DNA of 64,000 nucleotides from a virus: positions 118,771 through 182,770 of IMG/VR virus record IMGVR_UViG_3300034782_000062. The stretch is one strand, 5' to 3'. Each line of letters opens with the position of its first letter. The first letter of the stretch is position 1. Under the pieces are notes generated by a model. The model saw only the letters and a program-made list of their open reading frames with translations, was not told where the DNA came from and made no database searches. Below, piece by piece: positions 20,228 to 29,667 of the stretch. Position numbers and translations under genes: made by a program.

Positions 20228-20968
20228 ATGCCCGCGAAGAAGAAGAAAGATGAAAAGATCAAGATTGAGCCGCTGGAGTTCGAGATCGCCGTCCTCCAGA
20301 TCATCGGTACCCGGCCACTGATCGTTCACGCCTGGGACCCCAAGACCCAGGCCGAGATGTTGGCGAAGCAGATGAAGCTGCCTGTCGCCGGGGCCAAGCA
20401 GAAGGTTCGCAACCCAGACGCCGAGTACGAGGCAGCACTCTACCGCATCCCCGAGGACATGGGAGGCGGATACGGGGTGCCCGCGGCGGCGTTCAAGCAG
20501 AGCTTCGTTGACGCCTGCCGTCATGTCGACATCGCAATGACGATGGCCACCGGAGCCTTCCACGTTCGAGGTGTCGAGGTGGACATGCCTCCTGTCATCC
20601 TCAACGACAAGGAGGGCAACCAGATCGAGACGGGCGACAAGTCGATGGAGATGATCCCCATCTACGGCTCGGAGCCTCGTCGCCGGATGGATATGGTTCG
20701 CCTCGAAGGTGGTAGTGCCGATATGCGGTTCAGGCCGCAGTTCGACAAGTGGTACTGCCTGGTGCCCGTCCAGATCGCCAAGGGTACGCTCACGGTTCAG
20801 CAGGTCACCGACCTGGCAAACCGCGCCGGCTTCCACTGCGGCATCTGCGAGTGGCGCCCATTCTCGAAGAAGTCGAAGAACGGCTCCTATGGGATGTTCA
20901 AGGTCGCGACGACCAAGGAGGAGCAGAAGCTCTTCAAGTCGCTGAAGCCACCAACGTTTATCCTCTGA
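20228..20968 (+). CDS. RAMP/Cas7-like protein B (paralog of A)
   Basis: QIIGTRPLIVH, YGVPAAAFKQS, RPQFDKW and glycine loop GICEWRP...GSYGMFKV. Confidence 0.65.
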   Translation: MPAKKKKDEKIKIEPLEFEIAVLQIIGTRPLIVHAWDPKTQAEMLAKQMKLPVAGAKQKVRNPDAEYEAALYRIPEDMGGGYGVPAAAFKQSFVDACRHVDIAMTMATGAFHVRGVEVDMPPVILNDKEGNQIETGDKSMEMIPIYGSEPRRRMDMVRLEGGSADMRFRPQFDKWYCLVPVQIAKGTLTVQQVTDLANRAGFHCGICEWRPFSKKSKNGSYGMFKVATTKEEQKLFKSLKPPTFIL

Positions 20969-21000
20969 TCGAGGAAAACTGACGGGGAAGGGACGCTCTT

Positions 21001-21504
21001 ATGGCCAAAGGAAGAATCTTCAAGTGGAAAAAGGGCTCGACCTTCAAGGTTGATGCCCAGACGGCTGGGACGTTTCTCGAAAATCTGAAGGCGGAGAATG
21101 ACGGAATTCTTCAGCCTGACGACGTCGTCGAGGCAGCGAAGGACCCAGAATCTCCGATTCATGACGAGTTCGAGTGGGACCTTCAGAAGGCCGCAAATAA
21201 TCACTGGAAGGACCGGGCGCGCAATCTTATGAATCACCTCGCGGTGGTTCGTGTGTACGCCGAAGATGCCAGTGAGGGCGTCTCAGCCTTCGTCAATGTC
21301 GAGGTCGCTCAGTCGACACGTGGTTACGTGGCGATGTCTCAGGTCGTCGCAAACGATGACTGGCGTCAGCAGATGGTCGATGACGTGCTCAATCGTCTGA
21401 AAGCTCTTCAGAAGAAGTATGAGCAGCTCGACGAGCTGGATGGCGTTTGGGCCGCGATCAAAAAAGCTGAGACGCGTCGAGCGAAGGGCTCGGCAGCAGC
21501 CTGA
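21001..21504 (+). CDS. Helical hypothetical protein, partner of the RAMP-like genes
   Basis: 167 aa with G.LQPDDVVEAA....SPIHDEFEWD...AA; last gene before the array. Confidence 0.75.
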   Translation: MAKGRIFKWKKGSTFKVDAQTAGTFLENLKAENDGILQPDDVVEAAKDPESPIHDEFEWDLQKAANNHWKDRARNLMNHLAVVRVYAEDASEGVSAFVNVEVAQSTRGYVAMSQVVANDDWRQQMVDDVLNRLKALQKKYEQLDELDGVWAAIKKAETRRAKGSAAA

Positions 21505-21718
21505 CCAGGCTGAAACGATGCTCTTTGACAATCTGGTTTTCTGAAGCAAAAGGCAGCAAGCTCCTGCTTAGGCGGCGAGTGTCTTCCTGTTCTTAGGTGG
21601 GTCGGGTTTTGTCCCGCCAGCCGAGTTGGGCCACGGTTAGCCATGGACCGACTAGCTGGGTCGGGTCGCGTCTCGGCCGGCGGGTCTGTTAAGGATTTGT
21701 CTTGAAAGAGATGGTCTC

Positions 21719-24700
21719 GGCAGTCACGGATAGGAATGGGACGGCCAGGGGGCGGAGCATTGGCAACGATGGCTCCGTCAAGCACCGAATAGGCAGTCAC
21801 GTCGAGGCGAAAGACGTGATACATTACATTTACTCTTGTAGGTGTCGGGTGCCAGTTTTTTTTTGGGCGGCATGGGGTCGTCCGATGTCATCAGTTGCTG
21901 ATGAGGTAGTGGGCACTGGCACCCGCCACCTACTTTTCATTCATCTTGAGGATGGCAGCCAAGCCATGTCGAGCACAGGCGGCGACGGCAACGTTCCGCA
22001 CTGCGAAGGCATGGAGAGCACAGCCCTGGCAGTCATGCTAGGGAGCGCTTTGCTCAGCGTTGGCTTGCTAAGCACCGCCGTTGATCGCAACGTCGCGGCA
22101 GCCGAGTTCTGAAGTGTTGAGTGGTGCCGGGGAGGGGCGGTGCGTGTCTGCGCGCACCTTGCCTTTGTAAGCGGTGACCTGGCAGTCGTGTCGAGGCGAG
22201 AAGCGGCACGTTGGGTCTATCACAGCGTAGGCGAAGCCGGGCAGCCGTGTCGCGGATGTGTAGCCTAGGGGCGGCACGTCAGTGAGGGGATATCCCGGTC
22301 CAGGCAGCTTTGCGTTGCTGTGCATCGTCAGTCGGCGGAAGCCAACGCGATCCCACGGAACGGCAGCGATGGAGAGCAGGAGAGGGTCCACGCGGCGCAA
22401 ACCGGGGTGGGCCAAGGTGCGATTGGAATGGCAGTCGAGGCGAATATCGACTACAGCCATCGCGGCTCGCCTCTACTGGTTGTGGCAAACAATGTTTTGC
22501 GACGGCCATGGTGGGGCAGCCTAGGTGAGCAGAGTGCTGGTGAGCATGGGCCAGTCGCGCTTGAGAACGTCTTGTCGCGGCAGCCGGTCAACGGTATGGG
22601 TAGGAGTGTCATTCACTGTCGCTCCCGTCAATGCCGAGTCGAGGCAGTCGGGTCATGTTGGAGTCGGGATAGCCGGTCATAGCGGGCGCCTGCCCCGTCA
22701 GAGCAGCCGCGGAAATCATAGGATCGCACGGGGTCGGAATTTAGTGGTTCGGCAGCCGTGTCAGGGTCCGCTCTGCTTGGGATCCGAGCGCCAAGCTCAG
22801 GCGCAGATGGCCGAGGCAGCCATGTCGAGTTGGTTATGGTTGTGCAGGTCACGCTGAGTCGTGCAGCACCGAGGCAGTCGGTCAGTGCCCCGTCGATGCC
22901 GGTTACGCGATGCGTAGGTGGTGATGGGACTGCCGAGGCAGCCGAGGACAGGACGGTCCCGCCCTGGACAGTCATAGCCAGGGGTGCTTTGTCAAGACGA
23001 GGCAGCCGAGGATGCATGGGTGCGCTGGGTCAGGTTTCGCCATTCAGGTGAGTGCGCTGTCGTGGCGTTATTACGGCAGCAGTGCCCTGTCGGGATCCGT
23101 CACACCGGGGAACTCAGGGGTAACCAGAGGTTTGCTCTGGCAGTCGGGCAATGTCAGCGTCTGCTCAGCAGCCGCTTGTCCTGCTGATGAGAGCCCAGCC
23201 CTGGCAGTCGGGCCTAGCACGGGACCGTTGAGCAATTCCATGGAGCGTCGTTGCAGGCGTTGCGGGGAGTGGTCGTCCGGTCACTCAACGCGATGGAACG
23301 CTAAGGTGTGCTGAGGCAGCGGTGCCTGGGAGCGTTGAGTCCAGCCATTATGGGCTTGGCCGAGGCAGCGGTGTTGAGGCGAGCTTGGCAGTGGCCCGTC
23401 CGGTCGAATAGATCCTTGTCGATCAGCGGCAGCCCTGCTGGGGAGTGGCCAGTCGCGTTCTGAACGCTATTGCTCGCAAAGCGTGGGTGAGGCAGCGGTG
23501 CCTCGTCGAGGTCAGCAACGCAATGGAAGGCAAAGGCCGAGAATGGACAGGATCGGCAGCGAGGTCGTGGCGATATACGGTCTGGCAGCAGTGTCTAGGT
23601 CGGTCGGGCTAGCTCAGTCATGGCCAACAAGGTCATGGTCGGGAGAGTCGAGGCCGGCATGTTTAGTCCGGCCCTTTGAGGCACAGGATTGGAAAGGTGA
23701 GGCAGTCGAGTCGAGTCGTTGTGGGGCCTTCAGGGGCAAACAACGGTGTGGCAGTCACGCGATGGTAGGTTCAGTCGCGTCCTGCTCAGCAATTCCTAGG
23801 AGAGCCTGGGGATGCAATGGCAGCTTTGCCAAGGGTGGGTGAGCACAGGCCTTCAGCGAAAAGTCGTTTCGCGTCGCGGCAGCCTGGTTGAGTTGAGGTC
23901 TCGCATGACGGTCCTTGGACCGCCGAGTCCCGACGCGGCAGCTATGCCCTGTCGTGTCATTCCCAGTCATTCAATGCAGAGGATTGGAAAGGGTGGCCGA
24001 GGCAGCAAAGCACCGGACGGGAGAGCCGTGTGACGTAAGGGGGAGCACCGCAGGTCAGAGCTAAGGTCCGGTTTGGCGAAATAAACCGACTAAGGCAGCT
24101 TTGCCGGTGTAGGCGATGGTTGTTTTTGGTGAGCTTGGTTGATCAGAGTAAGGGCAGCCGAGCAGAGGAACGTCATCGGATGCCTGGTCGTCCTAAGGAC
24201 GGACGAGTCTAGGCAGCACCGCAGAGCGGGGGACAGCGATGCGGCTCAGAGCATAGCAAGGGCTAGTCGCGGCAGCCTTGCTCTGTCCAGCTCGGGCGAG
24301 TCAACTCTGCGAGAGGACCGCTCGGGCCGGGATAGCGCCGGCAGCCGGGTCACGGCCTGGATCTCCAAGCAATGGATTCGCAGTGTGGGTCCGGTTATGG
24401 CAGCAACGCACAGCGAAGGCAGGCATTGGAATACCATGTCAGTCTTAGGTCCGCCACGATCAGGCAGTAAAGCTGGGGATTGAAGCGTCGCGGAGAATTG
24501 TGTTGCGCAATTGCGAGGCGAAAAAGCATTTGCGTTACGGCAGCGGTGCATAGGCTTGTTCAGCAAGCGCGTGCCAAGCCCGCGGGCGTCGTGGCAGCCG
24601 GGCACTGAAACGTCCAGGATCGGAGCAGCCTGCTTCCGCAGGTGGTGCCGAACCCGGTTGGGTCCTGGCAGCCGGGGATGGTTGTTCTGGGGCCAGGAGC

Positions 24701-25600
24701 CCCTGGTTATTCAGAACAGGGGTTTGGCAGCCGGCGTGAGCTGGGGCCAGGAGCCCCTGGTCGTCGCGAACGTTGGCCCGAAGAGGCAGCAGGGCTGAGG
24801 ATGGGGGAGCTGAGGCCAGACGCCGCATGTCTTGATCTGCATAGTCACGTCCTGGCGATATCAGATGTGACTTTGCTTTGCCGAATGGGGGAGCGTGTTG
24901 GTTTGGCAGCCCTGCGTTGGGTAGGACCGGTTAGTCCGGGACTTCCACGTCGGGCCGCTCATTGGACTGGCCGTCGAGTTGGGCCGGGGCACAATGGACC
25001 GCAGAGTTACGTCTCGTCCCGCCAAGGCAGCCGCGGTTCGTCACCGAACTCCATGCGACAGTTTGGGAGTCCGGGGACGGCAACGGATCGGCAGCCATGT
25101 CGCCGAGGGGCTTGCGATGCAGGGCACTGCAGGGGCATTCAGGTGCGCACCCTGGCAGCGATGCTGCGGAGGGGTGGGTCATTGAATGCTGGGCACTGCC
25201 GCCGCGCTGCGGGCCGTATCCTGGATAGGCAGGCGCCCCCCGGACTGGGGAGCCTTGACCTCCAATGGCGCTCTCAGGAGAGAAACGCCGTGGCAGCCGT
25301 GCTGATCCAAGGAGCGGAGCGCTTCGGAGAGGTGGGTCCGTCATGTCCATGGATTCGCTTAGGGAAGGACCGGCAGCAGCGTCTTGGTGACGAGTGGATT
25401 GTTCTGCTCGGCCCAAGCAAACATTGTCGCGGCAGCCATGTCCAGGTCCGTCACGTTTCGTCTTGCTTCTCAAAGCAATGGGGAGAGCGGGCGGGTCGGC
25501 GCCAGGCAGCAGCGGGTTGGGGTGCACAGCCGCGCCGCTGAGGGGAGTACCTCGGAGATCTACGGATAGGCAGTCACGACCTGGCGATATAGGAGTGGCT
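21719..25600 (+). repeat. Non-coding array of ~55 GGCAG-anchored units on a 5-nt lattice (putative guide-RNA array)
   Basis: GGCAG recurs mostly every 49/54/59/64/69/74 nt (5n+4); internal pentamers mostly end in G and start with a pyrimidine; no credible CDS. Confidence 0.85.
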
Positions 25601-25629
25601 TGAAAACATCTTGAGGATGGAGGGTTTTT

Positions 25630-25851
25630 GTGGGTAGAGGAACAACGAAAAAGGCTCTCAAACAGATCGAGAGCTTCAACAAGAAAAATCCGGTCGGAAC
25701 GCCGGTGCGCTACTGGCCTGGTGTCAAGCAGGGCGCCGGTGTCGAGTCCAAGACGAGGTCCGAGGCATGGGACCTCTGCGGTAGCCCGTCGGTCATGGTC
25801 GAGGGCTACAGCGGTGGCATCGCTTTGACGCATGTCGAAGTTATGCAGTAA
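25630..25851 (+). CDS. Hypothetical phage protein
   Basis: GTG start after GGAGG; FN...PVGTPVRYWPG motif. Confidence 0.65.
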   Translation: MGRGTTKKALKQIESFNKKNPVGTPVRYWPGVKQGAGVESKTRSEAWDLCGSPSVMVEGYSGGIALTHVEVMQ

Positions 25852-25860
25852 GACAACGAT

Positions 25861-26328
25861 ATGCCTCGAAAAAAGAAGCCAGCGATCTATCTCTCTAACT
25901 GGTCGAGCCACAGGACCAAGGGACACCACGGTCCCGGCCGAAAATTCAGCATCATGGTCCGGACATCGAGGTTTGCGAAGCCCGATGGAAAAGTTCCGGT
26001 TCTCGTCCCATTGTCGAAAGACCTGTGGGAGCTGAAAGGCGAAACCATTACGGTCGATGAGTATCGAGAGCGATACTTCAAGCACGTTCTTCAAAAAAAG
26101 GATGAGCTGGCGCCCGGAAAGCTGCTCTGGAATCCCTTTAACTTCTTTAAGGAGAAGGATCGCAAGCCTGTCGAGGACGGCGACACGCTCTGCTGCGTCT
26201 GCTCTCGCGAGCAGGCGGCAAGGGGAGAGTGTCACCGGGTCTGGGTGGCCGTAATGCTTCAGGAAGCCGGATGGAAAGTCATCCTGGACGGAAAAGAAAT
26301 TCCACCTCCAAGACCAGATTCTGGTTGA
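25861..26328 (+). CDS. DUF488-like hypothetical protein
   Basis: YRERY...TLCCVCS...ECHRVWVA pattern. Confidence 0.5.
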   Translation: MPRKKKPAIYLSNWSSHRTKGHHGPGRKFSIMVRTSRFAKPDGKVPVLVPLSKDLWELKGETITVDEYRERYFKHVLQKKDELAPGKLLWNPFNFFKEKDRKPVEDGDTLCCVCSREQAARGECHRVWVAVMLQEAGWKVILDGKEIPPPRPDSG

Positions 26329-26361
26329 CCTGCCCCCTCCCAAAAAGTAACATATGCAACC

Positions 26362-26640
26362 ATGCCGAAGAACCCGCACAACTCGTTGGTTGCTCTCGAT
26401 CCACCAAGAAAACATCCACCTCGCAGGTGGCGGTGTCGATATTGCGGCATCGAGGGAACCTATGACGAGGTCGAAGCCATCGAGTGCAGTTACGAATATC
26501 CACCCTGCGAATTCTGCGGACAGACGCCGACCTGCGCGCTTGACTGTCCAGGCATTGCTTTGGCGCTCTCGGGAGCGTTGACACCCGAGGTCGACCTTCA
26601 CGTCGTTGGCTCGGTCGATCCGGAGGGCGAGACAAACTGA
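26362..26640 (+). CDS. Cys-rich hypothetical protein
   Basis: CRYC and CEFC motifs; follows the palindromic motif at 26348. Confidence 0.55.
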   Translation: MPKNPHNSLVALDPPRKHPPRRWRCRYCGIEGTYDEVEAIECSYEYPPCEFCGQTPTCALDCPGIALALSGALTPEVDLHVVGSVDPEGETN

Positions 26641-26647
26641 GGGGGAG

Positions 26648-28069
26648 ATGTCCAGGAAGAAAAAAAAGAAGAAGCGCGTGACGGGAGTGCCCAAGCGCAC
26701 CAAGAAGCCCGACCACGTCTTCCCGATGAAGCTGGATATTCCCGACGACATTATCGAGGAGCTGGGTCCAGATCGGGAGCTTGGTGTTCACCTGGTTCGT
26801 GAAAAGGGCGAGCTACGAATGAAGCCAAATCCTGAGGATGAAGACATCTGGGAGAAGCTTCTTCGGCACAAAGATTTCGACGTCAGCAGCCTCGTCGTCG
26901 ATGAGAGCCAAATTACCCTTGTTGACAAGGTCACGGGCGAGCCCATCAAGGCTTCTCCCGGCCGAGCGGCTGTCGACTCGTGCATGTTCCTGATGAGCTG
27001 GCTGCGCAAGAATTCGCAGACAGAGATGAGGCACGTCAATCACGACAAGGAGTGGTTCGATCTGCTTGCTCACTGGCGGGCGCTGTGGGCTACCATGCAG
27101 CTCGCTCGTGTCATAGAATTCCCGCTCTCGTCATGGTGGCGTCTTGAGGAGCAGCTCGAAGCCACGCTCTGGACGCCCTTCGTCAAACAGGAAGGTGAAG
27201 ACGCTTTCCATTCCTATCTCCAAACGTTCTATCGGCGCCCAGAGTGCGTGCCACCGGAAAAGGTGCCGTTCAATGTTATGTGGATCGGTATTGAGCGTGG
27301 CGTCGACATGAAACGACACGACTCGACGTGGCTCAAGCGCATCTATCAAGAAAAGGTCTTCCACGACGTCGAAGACGATATCATTCTGCTGGGCTACCAC
27401 GTTCAGTACAACAGCCCCGATAAATATGACGAGAGATCAGCGTCGTTCATTATCCAGGAGCTGTACTACATCGAGAAGAACGGCAAGGTCGCGATCATCC
27501 CGAAGGTATTCATCTACAACTTTGCCGAGAAGCGATGGAACATCACGGAGGACGGTCCAGGGATGCTCATCGTCCAGATGATCATCGACATCATCAATGA
27601 TCACAAGCGCTTTATCGTCGAGAAGGGGAAGGGTAAGAAGTCCCAGAAGGCTCTTCGCAAGGCGAGCAAGAAGGCAGGGAGCATTGGCTACGTGCCGGCA
27701 CCCTACTACGTCGTTCGTCTGAAGGATGAATTGGTCGAGGACATAGCTCGCGACGAGCATGGCTCCCGGCCTCGGTTCCTGAGCCACCGCTACGACCGTC
27801 GTGGTCACGAACGTTGTTACGTTCGTCGCGGGCCACTTCCGCTCGACCCGGAGCTGTACGCGAAGCTTCAGAAGGCCGGATACAAGATCTTCACGACGGC
27901 TGACCCGGACGCCGAGACCTATCGTCGGCTGATGCGCCGGCAGATGAAGCCCAAGTCTCACGATGAATGGCTGGCGATCCTGACGAAGTGGATCGAGGCG
28001 ACGGTCTGCGGCGATGAGTCACTGCCCTACGTGCCAGCGGTGCGAGTACCGACCAAGCTGGCCGGATAG
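26648..28069 (+). CDS. Hypothetical phage protein with C-terminal RRGHER...KWI motif
   Basis: 473 aa with strong codon bias. Confidence 0.75.
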   Translation: MSRKKKKKKRVTGVPKRTKKPDHVFPMKLDIPDDIIEELGPDRELGVHLVREKGELRMKPNPEDEDIWEKLLRHKDFDVSSLVVDESQITLVDKVTGEPIKASPGRAAVDSCMFLMSWLRKNSQTEMRHVNHDKEWFDLLAHWRALWATMQLARVIEFPLSSWWRLEEQLEATLWTPFVKQEGEDAFHSYLQTFYRRPECVPPEKVPFNVMWIGIERGVDMKRHDSTWLKRIYQEKVFHDVEDDIILLGYHVQYNSPDKYDERSASFIIQELYYIEKNGKVAIIPKVFIYNFAEKRWNITEDGPGMLIVQMIIDIINDHKRFIVEKGKGKKSQKALRKASKKAGSIGYVPAPYYVVRLKDELVEDIARDEHGSRPRFLSHRYDRRGHERCYVRRGPLPLDPELYAKLQKAGYKIFTTADPDAETYRRLMRRQMKPKSHDEWLAILTKWIEATVCGDESLPYVPAVRVPTKLAG

Positions 28070-28078
28070 AGAGGTTCG

Positions 28079-28612
28079 ATGCCCGCGTTGTGCTACGGAG
28101 CACCTCCGTTCAATTGTCCCGGCACCAGCGATGACGACCACTGCCCGAAGTGCGGCCAGTGTCGTCATCATGTTCTTGTCGGAGGCGGAGACTCGCTCGT
28201 CAAGGCGTTCATCGACGGGCTGTACATGCGCGATCCCAGCTCGATGGACCCGGAGAACTTCGGGAACCGCGAGTACAAGGGTGCCTGCGAGGAGTGCGGC
28301 CGACCGATCTACTCTGGGTGGATGAAGGTCTACCTCGATGATGAACGCGAGGCACCAGAGGGCTGGTTCAGGGTGCACTGGCCCGAGGAGGCGATTGTTC
28401 TGCTTGAGCGGGGGCTCGTTGCGCACATCAGCCTCGATCATGACTTGGGAGACGACGAACACGGTACCGGGTATGACGTGATCCTCTGGTTGGAGGAGGC
28501 TGTCGCGACCCGCGGTTTCGAGCCTCCAGAGATATCGATTCACACGGCGAATCCGTCGGCTCGAAAGCGTATGGAGGCTGGAGCTGAGAGGATTCGGAGG
28601 TTGGCAGAATGA
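28079..28612 (+). CDS. Cyclic-phosphate-processing receiver-domain protein with Cys-rich N-terminus
   Basis: MKVYLDDER.AP.GW...ISLDHDLG...TGYDV..WLEE...IHTANP. Confidence 0.8.
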   Translation: MPALCYGAPPFNCPGTSDDDHCPKCGQCRHHVLVGGGDSLVKAFIDGLYMRDPSSMDPENFGNREYKGACEECGRPIYSGWMKVYLDDEREAPEGWFRVHWPEEAIVLLERGLVAHISLDHDLGDDEHGTGYDVILWLEEAVATRGFEPPEISIHTANPSARKRMEAGAERIRRLAE

Positions 28613-29259
28613 AGGACTACCCTTCGATTCCATACATAGCCGACGGCCTCCCTTCTGGCGAGTTTTGGTACGTCTTCGATAAGCTCGACGGCTCGAATAT
28701 CCGGGCCGAGTGGAGCCGTAAGAAAAAAGGTGGCAAGGCGACATGGCGCTTCGGTCGTCGCCACGGACTGCTCGACGACACCAACGAGTTTTTACCCGAG
28801 GCTCAGGATCTGATCCGTAAACAGTGCTGCGGCATCCTGGAGAAGCTGTTCTGGGACCGCATGTGGGAGCGCGCCACGGCATTTTTCGAGTTCCGAGGCG
28901 AAAACTCCTTCGCCGGTCATCATCAGAACGAGGAGCATACGGTCACGCTGATCGACGTAGCCGTCTACAAGAAGGGGTTGCTGGAACCCGGCAAGCTCAT
29001 CAAGATGTTCGGTGACCTGCCATTGCCCGGAATACTGTTTCGTGGCCAGCTCGACGAGGACGATGAGCGAGAGCTTATCGAACGCATTCACGCGGACGAA
29101 CTCGAAGGGGTCACCTCCGAGGGCGTCGTCTTCAAGTCGGCCCGCTTCGAGCGCAAGCTGGGCCACCCGCTGATGTTCAAGGTCAAGACTGAGGCGTGGA
29201 AGCAGCGACTCAAAGAGTTCGTCGGTGGCGATGAGTATAAGTTCAAGAAGCTGCTCTGA
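28609..29259 (+). CDS. ATP-dependent RNA ligase-like protein
   Basis: Motif I DKLDGSN, FFEF, EGVVFK and FKVK nucleotidyltransferase motifs. Confidence 0.75.
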   Translation: MKDYPSIPYIADGLPSGEFWYVFDKLDGSNIRAEWSRKKKGGKATWRFGRRHGLLDDTNEFLPEAQDLIRKQCCGILEKLFWDRMWERATAFFEFRGENSFAGHHQNEEHTVTLIDVAVYKKGLLEPGKLIKMFGDLPLPGILFRGQLDEDDERELIERIHADELEGVTSEGVVFKSARFERKLGHPLMFKVKTEAWKQRLKEFVGGDEYKFKKLL

Positions 29260-29266
29260 GGGCGTG

Positions 29267-29665
29267 ATGGAAGAGGAATCCAAAGCAATTGTCGCTGAAT
29301 GTGAAGAGTGTGACATCCTCGGAAGCGAGGTCGAACGACTGACGGCTGAGCTGGAGAGAGTACCCGAGAAACCGAAGTCGAACGGCAGGCCCCGGCCCAT
29401 CAAAAAGCTGTTCGAGTGGTTTTTTGGCCCGCTGGTTTACGACGGTCCTCGGGACTGTGGTCACTGCAAGTTCTGGAAGCCTCCTCGGAAGCTGAGGGAC
29501 TGGTACTGGGATAATGATAATCACAAGAAGGTCTGGTACGACTGCAAAGGCGACTGCAAGCTCATCTTCGGAGAAAAAGACACCACCAAGAGTGACGACT
29601 GTCACCGATTCACACCGAGGCGAAGGTACATGCGCCGCATCATGCCCTGGAAGTCGGAGGCTTAG
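29267..29665 (+). CDS. Hypothetical Cys-containing protein
   Basis: ORF in operon; CGHCKFW motif. Confidence 0.55.
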   Translation: MEEESKAIVAECEECDILGSEVERLTAELERVPEKPKSNGRPRPIKKLFEWFFGPLVYDGPRDCGHCKFWKPPRKLRDWYWDNDNHKKVWYDCKGDCKLIFGEKDTTKSDDCHRFTPRRRYMRRIMPWKSEA

Positions 29666-29667
29666 TA

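Noticed and set aside
21719-25600. Canonical CRISPR array
   Set aside because: No 23-47-nt identical direct repeats, the only invariant is 5 nt, and there is no cas1/cas2/cas3 in the window
21505-25620. Many 60-300 aa ORFs on both strands, including 24642-25541 and part of 24931-26751
   Set aside because: Low-complexity R/G/S/A translations, no RBS or codon bias, mutually overlapping; explained by the G-rich lattice
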